A stretch of 64,000 nucleotides of DNA, taken from positions 224,001 through 288,000 of the forward strand of contig CAWISW010000002.1 of NCBI GenBank assembly GCA_963838925.1, in the 5' to 3' direction. Below are positions 54,600-64,000 of this stretch, in pieces; within the stretch, counting starts at the first letter, position 1, and each line of letters starts with the position of its first letter. The notes beneath the pieces were generated by a model, which had not been told where the DNA came from, searched no databases, and saw nothing but the letters and a program-made list of their open reading frames with translations. The DNA comes from an uncultured Nitrososphaerota archaeon (lineage in GTDB: Archaea; Thermoproteota; Nitrososphaeria; Nitrososphaerales; Gagatemarchaeaceae). Position numbers and translations under genes: made by a program.

Positions 54600-55570
54600 G
54601 AAACTGGCCCGAAGCGCTCTCGCGCCGATATCCTGCCCTCCCGCCGGAGTATGAGGATCACGAACCCGACTATCCAAGGTATGAAGATGAGCTCTCCGAC
54701 GACGGAGTGGAACGCCTCGAACGCCTTCTCGTTTGTGATGTTGCTCATCGCGTACTCCGCGAGGAGCACCAGCCGGAGCACGTTCACAAGGAACGAACCC
54801 AGCGCGCCCACCGCGAGATAGAGCGCCCCCCTCGACCACCCGGTGCCCACCTTGACGCAGATGGCGAGGACGACCAGGAGCCCGATCACGATGCCGTCGA
54901 GGCCCGCGGAGGGCCAGAAGACCTGGAGCCTCATCGACCCTAGGCTGTTCTGGAGCGTCAAGATGTTCCCCTGCGAGTGCGCCGCCCCCGGGCTGAAGAG
55001 GTCCAGAGTCCGCGCCACGACCTGAAGGACGGGCGGCACAACGTACCCGAAGGGGCCAAGCGTGTTCTCGGGCAGGATGACGTCGATGAAGAGGAAGGAG
55101 GCCATCCCTACCGTGTAGATCAGCGGAGTGATGATCTTGGCACCCCGGTCTAGGAGCAGGAGCGAAACGAGGAACACCGAGGTCACGGCGTAGTCGATTC
55201 CCCATACCCAGCTGAACTGGACTATCGCGGGGTCGACCCCCAGGCTGGTGCCCAGAGAAACGATCGAGTTGAAGACGGCGGGCTGCGCGAAGGCGAAGTA
55301 GTAGACGGCTGCCGCGCCCACAGTCGCCCATGCGAAGAGCGCGCTCCTTCTCCCAAGTGGAGCGAACGACTTGCGCCCCGCCTCGAGGAAGACCAGCGGC
55401 ACTATAGCGAGCATCGCAGACCTCCCTTGGTTCCATGCCCGGGTGAAGCTGTAGGGGTCGGCGAGGAACGCGACGAGCACCAAGATGACGAAGTAACCCA
55501 GATACGGCGTCCCTGCAGCTCTTGTCCTAAAACGGACCAAGAAGTTCGAACTGCTCAAACCAAAGGACAC
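54596..55570 (-). CDS. Archaeosortase/exosortase family (thaumarchaeosortase-like)
   Basis: VFWPSAG, VNVLR, FHSVVGE motifs; multi-TM. Confidence 0.75.
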   Translation of the reverse strand: MSFGLSSSNFLVRFRTRAAGTPYLGYFVILVLVAFLADPYSFTRAWNQGRSAMLAIVPLVFLEAGRKSFAPLGRRSALFAWATVGAAAVYYFAFAQPAVFNSIVSLGTSLGVDPAIVQFSWVWGIDYAVTSVFLVSLLLLDRGAKIITPLIYTVGMASFLFIDVILPENTLGPFGYVVPPVLQVVARTLDLFSPGAAHSQGNILTLQNSLGSMRLQVFWPSAGLDGIVIGLLVVLAICVKVGTGWSRGALYLAVGALGSFLVNVLRLVLLAEYAMSNITNEKAFEAFHSVVGELIFIPWIVGFVILILRREGRISARERFGPVS

Positions 55571-55710
55571 CGGCGAGATACCATAACGACCACTCCGAAA
55601 ACGCTTCGGTTTGTTGATTCCTGTTCCGCAGCATCAGCAGCACTGGGACGTTGATCCAGCTCTTCTTGCCATTCTTTCCGCGAGGAAAGCCAGGTGTCCT
55701 CTTGTGCAGG

Positions 55711-56280
55711 CTAGCCTGCCTGTGCTTCCAGAGTCAGGGTCCCCGAGTAAGGGGTCGGGGAAGCCGTCACATTGACTGTGAGAATGGTCTCCATACCTCC
55801 GTTCGAGGTTACGTCCGCCGCTCCGTCGGTGCATATGAACCCGCAGGCCGCAAACTGAACAGGTAGAGACGGCGTCGTGCCCGTCACCATGAAGCCAGGA
55901 GTCAAGGAAATCACCGATGTCACTTGCGCAGGACAACCGGACGAGCAATCCTGATAGACGAGGCCGAAAACGACATCGAATGTCTCTCCGGGATACCCGT
56001 CGAACGTGCTTCTATCGGCGACAGAGGAGGAGTTGCTCGTAGGAGCCTGATAACCGGGCCCAATCACGTCCGCGAACATGTTCGTGATTGTCAGCCCGCC
56101 TGACGACCGTCCCGATGTCGTCGCCTCAGAGGTCGCTTGAGAGTTGGAGGTGGAGCTTGAGACGGGCGTGGGCCTCCTTGGGACGACGAAGTACGCTGCA
56201 GCCGCCGCACCAACAACAATCAAGCTCAACGCGATGGCGATTGCCACGATTGGTCTGCGGCTACTTGCCTTGGATTCCAA
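55711..56280 (-). CDS. Membrane-anchored Ser/Thr-rich surface protein
   Basis: N-terminal TM, S/T linker, beta domain with two Cys pairs; start approximate. Confidence 0.55.
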   Translation of the reverse strand: MESKASSRRPIVAIAIALSLIVVGAAAAAYFVVPRRPTPVSSSTSNSQATSEATTSGRSSGGLTITNMFADVIGPGYQAPTSNSSSVADRSTFDGYPGETFDVVFGLVYQDCSSGCPAQVTSVISLTPGFMVTGTTPSLPVQFAACGFICTDGAADVTSNGGMETILTVNVTASPTPYSGTLTLEAQAG

Positions 56281-56438
56281 ACTCGATAACGGAATCGTCT
56301 GGGGAGATATACGCGTTCTGCGTCCCCTTTCTAGTCTTCTTTGCGCAACGGTCGGGAGCTCGAAAAGCCTGTGGCCATTCAACGCTCGTTCGCCATATTA
56401 ATATGCGCCGGAGAAAAGAGCCTCTGGGTGCTGATTGG

Positions 56439-57371
56439 GTGAGTAGGGACGCCTGGAGAGGCAGGGACGTCATCAGCATCTTGGACTTTTCACGCTCAGA
56501 GCTCGAGTCGCTCTTCGACGCGGCAAACGCGTTCGTGGGGCCGCCAAAGCCTCGCAACGACCTCTCCGACTACATCGTAGCGACCGCGTTCTTCGAGCCC
56601 AGCACAAGGACGAGGCTCAGCTTCACGACCGCGGCCCTCAGACTGGGCGCCAAGGTGATCGACCTCTCCCCGGACGTGTCGTCGATACTCAAGGGAGAGA
56701 GCCTCCACGACACGACCATGATGCTGGAAGGGTACTCCGACCTGATCGTCATGCGGCATCCCTCGGAGGGGGCGGCCCTCCTCGCCGCTGAGCTCAGCTC
56801 CGTCCCGGTCGTCAACGGCGGCGACGGCTCTCAGCACCACCCCTCCCAGGCGATGCTCGACCTCTTCACGGTCCGCAGGCTGAAGGGGAAGATAGACGGG
56901 CTGACCTACACGGTGCTGGGAGACAACAGGTACGCGAGGAGCGCGACGTCGTTCCTCTACGGCCTGACCAAGTTCAAGCCAAAGATGGTGTACATCGTCT
57001 CCCCCGAGACGCTGCGCCCCAGGGACGAGATCGTCAAGCAGCTCAAGGGCCTCGGGCTGCGCTTCGAGCTCCGCTCCGACCTCGAGCAGGTGATCGGGAG
57101 CACCGACGTTCTCTACCTCACGAGGATCCAGAAGGAGCGCTTCCCAGACCCTAACGACTACGAGAAGGTGAAGGGGAGCTACAAGCTCACGAAGGACGTC
57201 CTCTCGAGGGGCAAGGGCGGCTTCATCGTCCTCCACCCGCTGCCCAGGTCCACCGAGCTGCCCTACGACGTCGACTCCGACAAGTCGGCGGCCTACATGA
57301 CCCAGGCTCACCTCGGCGTCCCGCTGAGGATGGCGCTCCTCCTCAAGATCATAGGCGGAGGCAAGTCCTGA
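56439..57371 (+). CDS. pyrB: Aspartate carbamoyltransferase catalytic subunit
   Basis: FFEPSTRT, HPSQ, RIQKER, HPLPR. Confidence 0.96.
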   Translation: MSRDAWRGRDVISILDFSRSELESLFDAANAFVGPPKPRNDLSDYIVATAFFEPSTRTRLSFTTAALRLGAKVIDLSPDVSSILKGESLHDTTMMLEGYSDLIVMRHPSEGAALLAAELSSVPVVNGGDGSQHHPSQAMLDLFTVRRLKGKIDGLTYTVLGDNRYARSATSFLYGLTKFKPKMVYIVSPETLRPRDEIVKQLKGLGLRFELRSDLEQVIGSTDVLYLTRIQKERFPDPNDYEKVKGSYKLTKDVLSRGKGGFIVLHPLPRSTELPYDVDSDKSAAYMTQAHLGVPLRMALLLKIIGGGKS

Positions 57372-57886
57372 TGGGTGTCACCACCGTCTCGCGCAGGGGT
57401 GGCCAGCCGCCCGACGATGACAAGACGACGATGCTGGTCAGGAAGATCCCCGACGGTAGCGTGATCGACCACATCGCCGCCGGAAAGGCGCTCTCCGTCC
57501 TTAGGCTCCTAGGCAACCCCCAGGAGAACGGATTCACCATCGCCATGGTGATGAACGTCAGCAGCTCGAAGATGGGGCGGAAGGACATCGTCAAGGTCGA
57601 GGGGATAGAGCTCTCCCAGGAGCAGGTCCAGAAGTTGGCCCTCATCGCCCCCCGCGCGAGCGTCAACATCGTCCGGTCGTACCGTGTTGTCGCTAAGAGG
57701 AACGCCGTCCCTCCCCGCACGCTACGCGGGATCCTCAACTGCACGGCAACGACCTGCGTCTCTGTCCGCGAGAAGGACTCGGCACCCTCGATCTTCTTCA
57801 TCTCTGGGAGGTCCCCGCTGCGATACCGTTGCAAGTACTGCGGTAGGCCGCTCGACGAGAAGGAAATCTCTGCGCAGCTTGGCTAG
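57371..57886 (+). CDS. pyrI: Aspartate carbamoyltransferase regulatory subunit
   Basis: GSVIDHI, KDIVKVE, C..C / CKYC zinc site. Confidence 0.95.
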   Translation: MGVTTVSRRGGQPPDDDKTTMLVRKIPDGSVIDHIAAGKALSVLRLLGNPQENGFTIAMVMNVSSSKMGRKDIVKVEGIELSQEQVQKLALIAPRASVNIVRSYRVVAKRNAVPPRTLRGILNCTATTCVSVREKDSAPSIFFISGRSPLRYRCKYCGRPLDEKEISAQLG

Positions 57887-57894
57887 GAAAACCG

Positions 57895-58305
57895 ATGAAG
57901 ACCCGGGTTTTCACGACTGGCGTCGTGCTCAATCGGGGAAGGTTGCTCATCCTCAAGCGCAAGCCGGACGACGACACCTATCCCGGGGTCTGGGATTGCG
58001 TTGGCGGTCACTTCGAGGAGGGCGAGTCCGCTGAGCAGTGCATGCTTAGGGAGGCTCGGGAGGAGAGCGGGCAGGCCATGAAGATAGTGAGGGTCGGTCC
58101 CCTGATCGAGTATCTCGACGACTACGGCAGAGCCGTGGCGGTCCCGTTCATCCTAAGGCCCGACATCAAGAAGCGCATCGTGCCCACCGAGCACTCCGAG
58201 TTCAAGTGGATCAAGATTGCGGAAGCCAAGGACTACGAGATCGTCCCAGACCTAGCCAAGGCTCTCGGTGTCTTCGGGCTCTTGCGGGCGTCGAAGCACG
58301 GCTGA
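57895..58305 (+). CDS. NUDIX hydrolase
   Basis: GGHFEEGESAEQCMLREAREESG Nudix box. Confidence 0.9.
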   Translation: MKTRVFTTGVVLNRGRLLILKRKPDDDTYPGVWDCVGGHFEEGESAEQCMLREAREESGQAMKIVRVGPLIEYLDDYGRAVAVPFILRPDIKKRIVPTEHSEFKWIKIAEAKDYEIVPDLAKALGVFGLLRASKHG

Positions 58306-58311
58306 GCATGG

Positions 58312-59571
58312 TCAAGGGCTCAGGAGCGGGTCTTCGGTCTTGATGCCCCTCTCCTTGTAGAGGGAATAGAAGTAGTAGATGTTCAGGGCGCAGAATGCCA
58401 TCGCCTGCAGGAAGAGGAGGGCGTTCCTCTCCGGGTTGACAGCCGCGATGATGTTCCCCTCTATCACCAGCACATGAGGATAGACGGGTGAAACGAATCT
58501 CAGGAGCAGGACGTTGTTCGTCACCACCCCGAGCATGATGTCTGCGAGGGACGCAATGAAGAGTCCCTTCCTGTGCGGGCTCCACATCGCCACGTCGATG
58601 AGCATCAGGGCGAAGAGGTAGACGGCGTACTGCTCGTTGACCTGCCCCCTCAGCAAGAGGAAGGTCAGCGTGACCAGCAGCAGGGACTGGACGACTCCTC
58701 TCTCAGTGTCGAAGCCGAACCACTTGTAGGCGAGGACGGTCGCGACCCCCACCGCGGCGATCCAGACGTACCCGGCCGAGGAGTAGAGGCCGAGCCCAGA
58801 GTTGGATATCACCCCGGCGTAGTTGAGGTAGAACACGACCTCCCACAGAGAGAGAGACCATCCGCCCTTCGCCAGGGTGCTCTGCAGCGTGCTCCCGAAG
58901 ACCGAGAACGACCAGCCGGTAAGCCAGACGATCGCCAAGCTCGCCACCACGGGGACGCCCACCGCGAGCGCGAGGTTCCTCAGCGCCTTGGGCCCTCTCG
59001 CGAGGGGGATGGTGTAGATCAGCGGGATGGACTTGGCGAAGGTCGCCAAGCCTGCCCAGACACCTCTGTAGGCGCCTGGGCGGGCGGTGAGGGCGAGGAC
59101 AACGAAGAGCATGGGGATTGCGTCGAACATCCCCCAGATGCCGGAGAGTATGACGTTGAACGGGGAGAAGAGCCACACCTTCAGGACGAACATGGCCTTG
59201 TCTGAGCCCCTCTTCTCCAGGTACCGGTATAGGAAGTACGCCAGGAGGATGTCGCAGACGATGATGGGCTGCTTCAGCAGGAAATAGTAGACGAGGGGGC
59301 TCGGGGACCCTAGGAACGCGTAGACCTGGTACAGCCCGGCGAGGAGGATGGGCCAGAACGGGAGGTACGCGATCGTGGGGTTCCCCCCGGCCGAGATGTC
59401 GTTCACGAAGCTCAACCCGGGCGCGGGGTCGATGTACCCGTAGGGGCTCACTCCCCTCGCCACCCAGTATCCCGTCCTCACCCAGAGCTCAAAGTCGTAG
59501 GGGTGCCCCGTCCAGAAGCTGAAGACCTCCCTGGCGACTATCGCCAGCACCAAGAATGTCCTGACCCTCAA
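58312..59571 (-). CDS. GT-C-type (GT87-like) membrane glycosyltransferase
   Basis: GHPYD, YLPFW, WGMFD, VNEQY; many TMs. Confidence 0.7.
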   Translation of the reverse strand: MRVRTFLVLAIVAREVFSFWTGHPYDFELWVRTGYWVARGVSPYGYIDPAPGLSFVNDISAGGNPTIAYLPFWPILLAGLYQVYAFLGSPSPLVYYFLLKQPIIVCDILLAYFLYRYLEKRGSDKAMFVLKVWLFSPFNVILSGIWGMFDAIPMLFVVLALTARPGAYRGVWAGLATFAKSIPLIYTIPLARGPKALRNLALAVGVPVVASLAIVWLTGWSFSVFGSTLQSTLAKGGWSLSLWEVVFYLNYAGVISNSGLGLYSSAGYVWIAAVGVATVLAYKWFGFDTERGVVQSLLLVTLTFLLLRGQVNEQYAVYLFALMLIDVAMWSPHRKGLFIASLADIMLGVVTNNVLLLRFVSPVYPHVLVIEGNIIAAVNPERNALLFLQAMAFCALNIYYFYSLYKERGIKTEDPLLSP

Positions 59572-59587
59572 CCCATCGCACCCGCGG

Positions 59588-60465
59588 CTATCCCTGCGCC
59601 GGCGGCCGTCCCGCTTCCGGCTCTACGAGGTCTATGATCCGCCCGTACTTCCTTCCGCAGGCCTGGCACGACCCGTTCAGTATCCTCCCTCCGCACCGGC
59701 ACAGCACGTGGGGCTCGGCCCGGGCCGGCCCATGCGTGCGGGGCTTCCTCACCTTGAACCTAAGGAACAGGTTCGTCTTGGCAGGCCAAAGCCTCGAGGT
59801 GCCCACGTCAATCGAGGACAGTGGAGAGAGCCTCTCCAGCCTGATGCCCACCGCGTTGTCGAACAGCCCCACGCCGCGTATCTCCTCCCTGACGAGGGAC
59901 GGGTCCTTGTACTCCTCGAGCCTGGTGGCGTAGATGAGGTGTCCCTGGGGGCCGACCCCGACCACGCCGCCGTCGGGTAGCGCGCTCGTCTTCCTCAGCA
60001 GCCTCTGCGTGACCGCGTTCGGGTCGCTCATGACGAACGTCGCCCCGTCCCTCCCCACGCGCGCGACCTCCGAAAGTAGGGGTGCGGGGTCGGGGATGTG
60101 GTGCATGACCCTGATCAGGGAGATGAAGTCGAACGCGTCGTCCTCGAAGGGCAGGGTCCCGAGCTCGCACCGGACCAAGGTGGTCGACTTCCGCAGCCTC
60201 GCGGAGGCCGCCATGAGGTTCCTCTTCGAGTAGTCGAGCATGAAGACGTCGCGGTAGAGCGGCTCCAGTACGCGCGTCACCCTCCCGAACCCCCCGCCTA
60301 GGTCGAGGCACGACTCTCCCCCGGCCGGGCCCACCTGTAGACCAGCATCCTCTCCGCGGCGTCTGCTATCCCCCTCCCGAGCCAGACAGAATAGAAGTCG
60401 TAGTTTTCGTAGTCCGGGATCTGGCTTCCTCGGTCGGCGGCGACGAGCGCCTCCCTGGAGTTCAT
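59588..60465 (-). CDS. Class I SAM methyltransferase, frameshifted near 60315-60330
   Basis: N-part from ATG 60465 (IPDYENYDFYSVW) is out of frame with LDLGGGFGR, LPFEDDAFD. Confidence 0.7.
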
Positions 60466-60481
60466 GCCCCGGACGCCAGCC

Positions 60482-61774
60482 TCAAGGCCCCGTTTCTGCC
60501 TCGTGAGAGATGCGGTCGTTCCTCTGGAAGACGAAGAGCGTCTGGTCTCCGAACCTGTTGAACGGGAACCTATCGGCCAGCGCCGTGTCAGCGCGCTCCA
60601 CCAACGCCAGACGCGACCTCAGCTTGACGTAGAGGTCGTTCAGGTAGGGCGGCGGGATTATGGCGGGCAGGGCGACTATCTTCTTCGTGTCAAAGTATGG
60701 CTTGAAGAACGCCGCGAACTCCCCGGGCGAATAGTAGTACGCGGGGATGTCCATCCCTCCCACCGAGACCATCTTGGGCTGCTTCTTCCGGGGTGTCAGG
60801 TTCTTGAACCTCAAGAGGGCGGCGCGGTAGAGGGACTCTTCCAGGCAGAACCTGTTCCTGATCGAGCAGACGAAGAAGCCGCCGGGCGCGGTGACCTTCC
60901 AGAGCTCGCGCGGGAACCGCCTGATGTTCACCTCGCAGTTAAGCGCGCCGTTGAAAGAGTACACCATCTTGGTCTTCCCCCCCGGGAGCCGGTCCCTCGC
61001 CTCGGCTACGTCGATCGCCTTCATCTGGAAGGCCTGGACCTTCCCGCTGAGCTTCCTGGCCTCGATCTTGCGCTTCAGGAGCGCGATCATGCTCGCCGAG
61101 ATGTCGGTGGCGACAACCTCCTTCACGCGCTTCGAGATCCGTATCGCCTCCGTGCCAGTCCCGCACCCTAGCTCGAGCAGGACGTCGTCGCGCCCCGCGC
61201 GCTCCATGACCTCCTTGATCGACCTCTCCCTCGTCCAGACGTTGATGAAGTTCCCGCTGATCGTGAAGTCGTACTCCTCGGAAGCCGAGTCGAACGCGTC
61301 TGCGACGGAGCCCATATAGTCCAGTCCCTGGGCCTTCCACGCGAGGAAGTCCAGCTTCACCTGCCCCTCTCCTCTGATGGCGCCGCGTGGAGTGAGCGGG
61401 GCGGTGGGGGTCAGCCGCAGCGCGCGCGCCTGCTCGCCGGAGTACCAGTCCTTGACTATCCTGCCCCCGTACTTCTTGGCGTAGAGCTCCCTCACCCTGC
61501 CCTTGTCGAGGAACTCCTCGCACGCGACCGTCTGGATGTAGTCGCCAAGGCGGACCTTGCCCTTCCCGCTGGAGAGCGCGTTCAGGATCCAGTCGCTCTT
61601 CCGGCCGGCTCCCATGACGTAGTACCCGCCTTCCGAGTACACGAACCTCATTATGGCGATGTGAGGTAACCCGGTGGTCCTGCCTGTGGTGATGAGCTTC
61701 AGAGTGGTTGGCTGGAGGTGCGACTCGCCTCCTTCTTCCTCCTCGCCTCGCAGCATCAACCTACCTTCGACCAT
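60482..61774 (-). CDS. Deazaflavin-dependent nitroreductase-like split-barrel domain fused to SAM methyltransferase
   Basis: LITTGRTTG..H, SDWILN; then LELGCGTG, TDISASM, YSFNGALN. Confidence 0.7.
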   Translation of the reverse strand: MVEGRLMLRGEEEEGGESHLQPTTLKLITTGRTTGLPHIAIMRFVYSEGGYYVMGAGRKSDWILNALSSGKGKVRLGDYIQTVACEEFLDKGRVRELYAKKYGGRIVKDWYSGEQARALRLTPTAPLTPRGAIRGEGQVKLDFLAWKAQGLDYMGSVADAFDSASEEYDFTISGNFINVWTRERSIKEVMERAGRDDVLLELGCGTGTEAIRISKRVKEVVATDISASMIALLKRKIEARKLSGKVQAFQMKAIDVAEARDRLPGGKTKMVYSFNGALNCEVNIRRFPRELWKVTAPGGFFVCSIRNRFCLEESLYRAALLRFKNLTPRKKQPKMVSVGGMDIPAYYYSPGEFAAFFKPYFDTKKIVALPAIIPPPYLNDLYVKLRSRLALVERADTALADRFPFNRFGDQTLFVFQRNDRISHEAETGP

Positions 61775-61789
61775 CCCCGCAGCCCATCC

Positions 61790-62728
61790 TCACCCTTCTT
61801 CCTCGAGCTCTCCGTACATCCGCCTCAGCTTCCTGTACCTGTTGGACTCGTAGATGTAGAATCCCATCCCGATCCTGACGGCGAAGATGGACGAGTGCCA
61901 TGCCGCCTTCGTGAACTTCCTGTTGAGCGCCCAGGACTTCATCCTGAGGAACGACCCGAGCGTGTAGAAGAGGAAGGAGTTCAGGACCCTCGAGCCGCCC
62001 CTTCCGTCCGCAGCATCCGTCATGGCCCTCTCTCCCTTTGTCTCGGTCTCGCGGAGCCTCATGCTGTAGAAGGCCGGGAAGTAGCTCCCCATCCACTGCG
62101 CCTCTGCGAGCAGCGAGTGGTACGCCTCCCTTCCCCCTATCAGCTTCGCAGTGAGGGCGTCCCTCGCGAAGATCGGCTTCTGCCTCGACCTGAACGCTTC
62201 GGTCGCCCACCTCTCGTCCATGATGCAGCTGAAGCAGAGCTCCGGGACGTCTCTGTTCGTCAGGCGGTGGAGCCTCGCCATGACCAGCGCCTTTAGCATG
62301 AAGGGCCACATCCCGTCCGTCTTGGTCACGCAGAAGAAGTCGATGTCCTCGTTCTCCCTCGCGGAGAGGTACGAGTTCGCCCCGCTGACTGACACCAGGA
62401 CCGTCCCCCTGAGCAGCACCCTCCCGAACGTGCTCGCCCTCCTCAGGTTCGCGCGCGCCCTCTCCCTCCTCCTCTCCTCCTCCTCGACCGTCTCGTAGAG
62501 CGTCCCCCTGGCGTCCGGGGACCTCTCGAGGACGTAGCCAGACTCCAGCTGGAACTTCGACTTCAGCTTAGAGTCGGAAAGGAACGCGTCCTCGAGCTCG
62601 CGCTCGCTCGCGTCGATGGAGGCCAGCCCTATCAGCTCGCGCAGGGAGATCATCGCGCCGTTCTCCCTGGCGATCTGGCAGAACGCCTCTATCTCCCGGG
62701 CCTGCTTCTCGGTAAGGGTGAGGCTCAT
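61790..62728 (-). CDS. Hypothetical protein with Pol-beta nucleotidyltransferase-like motif
   Basis: VSVSGANS...EDIDFF. Confidence 0.5.
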   Translation of the reverse strand: MSLTLTEKQAREIEAFCQIARENGAMISLRELIGLASIDASERELEDAFLSDSKLKSKFQLESGYVLERSPDARGTLYETVEEEERRRERARANLRRASTFGRVLLRGTVLVSVSGANSYLSARENEDIDFFCVTKTDGMWPFMLKALVMARLHRLTNRDVPELCFSCIMDERWATEAFRSRQKPIFARDALTAKLIGGREAYHSLLAEAQWMGSYFPAFYSMRLRETETKGERAMTDAADGRGGSRVLNSFLFYTLGSFLRMKSWALNRKFTKAAWHSSIFAVRIGMGFYIYESNRYRKLRRMYGELEEEG

Positions 62729-62729
62729 G

Positions 62730-63701
62730 CTAGCCCTGCTCGTACCTCCTCCACACGGCGTGGCTTTGGCTCGAGCTCACAGTGTCCCAAAGCGCGCCTG
62801 AGAGCGCGATGAGCTCTCCCATCGCTGCCACCGGGAGGACGAGGACCATCCTCGGCTTCGTCGCCAGCATGTCGATGACTATCCTGACGCTCTGGGCGGG
62901 GCTGAAGAACATCATAGTCTCGACCGTGCGTGGCGCCTTCCCGACAAGCCTCTTCACCTGTATGTGCCCGAAGAGTATCCGCCTCCTCTGCCTGATGAGG
63001 TCCACCATCCTCTTGGGCACGTCGATCTGCACGACGGCTTCCGGCTGGAAGCCGACGCGGAACCCCCTCTCCCTGATCCTTCCCGCGATGTAGGCTCCGT
63101 CGTTGACGACGCCCGGCGGGAGCTCGGTGAGCAGCTCGCTCCTTATCACCATAAGCTCGTCGGTCCCGTGGTTGCTCTGCTCGGCCTGGTTGGGGTCGGA
63201 AGAGAGGCGGTTGAACGAGGTCCACATGACCTCAAGCACGTCCGAGACGAGCCCCTTCGGCCTCTCGAAGACCGGCCTTCCCCCGATGAAGCCAGCCCTG
63301 CCGTCCTCCTCCACGGACCTTAGCAGCGCCGGGATCGACCCCGCCCTGATCATTGCGTCCGCGTTGACGTAGACCAAGAAGTCGCCTTCAGTCTCCCTGA
63401 ATATCTCGTTGATCGCGTCGGCCTTTCCAGTCCTCTTGTCGTGCTCGATGAGCTTGATTCGCTGGTCGCGCGCCGCCATCTTCCGAGCCCCAGTGATGGT
63501 CTCTTCGGAGCAGTCGCTCGCGATTAGCACCACCTTCCTGAGGACGAAGCCCGGCATCTCGGTCAGGACGACGGCCGAAAGCAGGGGCTGGAGGGTCGGG
63601 GGCTGCCCGGTGGCGCAAATGCCCACGGTGAAGGTATAGAGCCTGCTCTTGGCGGACTGGCCGCTCTGGGGAACCACACCCAACTCTTCGCTTTTCTGCA
63701 T
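62730..63701 (-). CDS. GT2 glycosyltransferase
   Basis: GKADAIN, NADA, VNDG, QRRRI. Confidence 0.8.
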   Translation of the reverse strand: MQKSEELGVVPQSGQSAKSRLYTFTVGICATGQPPTLQPLLSAVVLTEMPGFVLRKVVLIASDCSEETITGARKMAARDQRIKLIEHDKRTGKADAINEIFRETEGDFLVYVNADAMIRAGSIPALLRSVEEDGRAGFIGGRPVFERPKGLVSDVLEVMWTSFNRLSSDPNQAEQSNHGTDELMVIRSELLTELPPGVVNDGAYIAGRIRERGFRVGFQPEAVVQIDVPKRMVDLIRQRRRILFGHIQVKRLVGKAPRTVETMMFFSPAQSVRIVIDMLATKPRMVLVLPVAAMGELIALSGALWDTVSSSQSHAVWRRYEQG

Positions 63702-64000
63702 TCTTGAGCACTCTATTGAAGGTGCCAGACCTCCTTCTGCCGAAGGCTGGCCATCGAAGATATTGGCATCTCCTTCTCATAAGGGTTTATCGGCGAATCG
63801 GGGCGCGACCGTCCTATCGGGCGGGCTGATTTGAGCCTGATATTGAAAAATCGTTAATATTCAGTTCCGACCGGCTCGTCTCATGGCCGTAGTCTGTGGG
63901 CATGGTAGCGCGGCCGGCTCGGGCGGGCCCAGATGAGGCCCCGGCTCAGAAGGTTCCTCCTCGGCGTTGGCGCGGGCGCCGTCGCCCTCTCGATATCTTT

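Noticed and set aside
63883-64000. Start of a further CDS at the window end
   Set aside because: Two frames (ATG 63902 and ATG 63933) are both open to the edge and cannot be resolved
1-64000. CRISPR arrays, rRNA, tRNA, IS elements
   Set aside because: No regularly spaced direct repeats, RNA-gene signatures or transposase motifs were noticed by eye

Overview
High-GC archaeal DNA, most likely a non-ammonia-oxidising Nitrososphaerota (Thaumarchaeota). The lineage call rests on the archaeal aroA'/aroB' pathway, a GHMP-type shikimate kinase, a thaumarchaeosortase-like protein, AglH, a single-OB SSB and TATA promoters. The main feature is a ~22-kb capsid-less, Mu-tail-like contractile injection system (CIS, 4552-26618). 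It encodes sheath, tube, a chaperone pair joined by a candidate -1 frameshift, tape-measure candidates, two gp43-like paralogs, hub, gp25, baseplate J/I, terminator, spike and PAAR. Two candidate toxin cargos sit inside it: a plant-type phospholipase D and an S8 protease. To the left are mntH/mntR and a cysteine synthase-rhodanese fusion. To the right are a pentameric ligand-gated ion channel, a 39-aa peptide (absent from the ORF track) paired with an AsnC-like regulator, trpEGDCFBA, and an 11-gene aromatic biosynthesis operon preceded by a Phe/Tyr-containing leader ORF with alternative RNA pairings. The window ends with pyrBI and a glycosylation cluster. Several short indels break housekeeping genes, so assembly errors are a caveat for all frameshift claims. 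All family calls come from motif recognition, not database searches.
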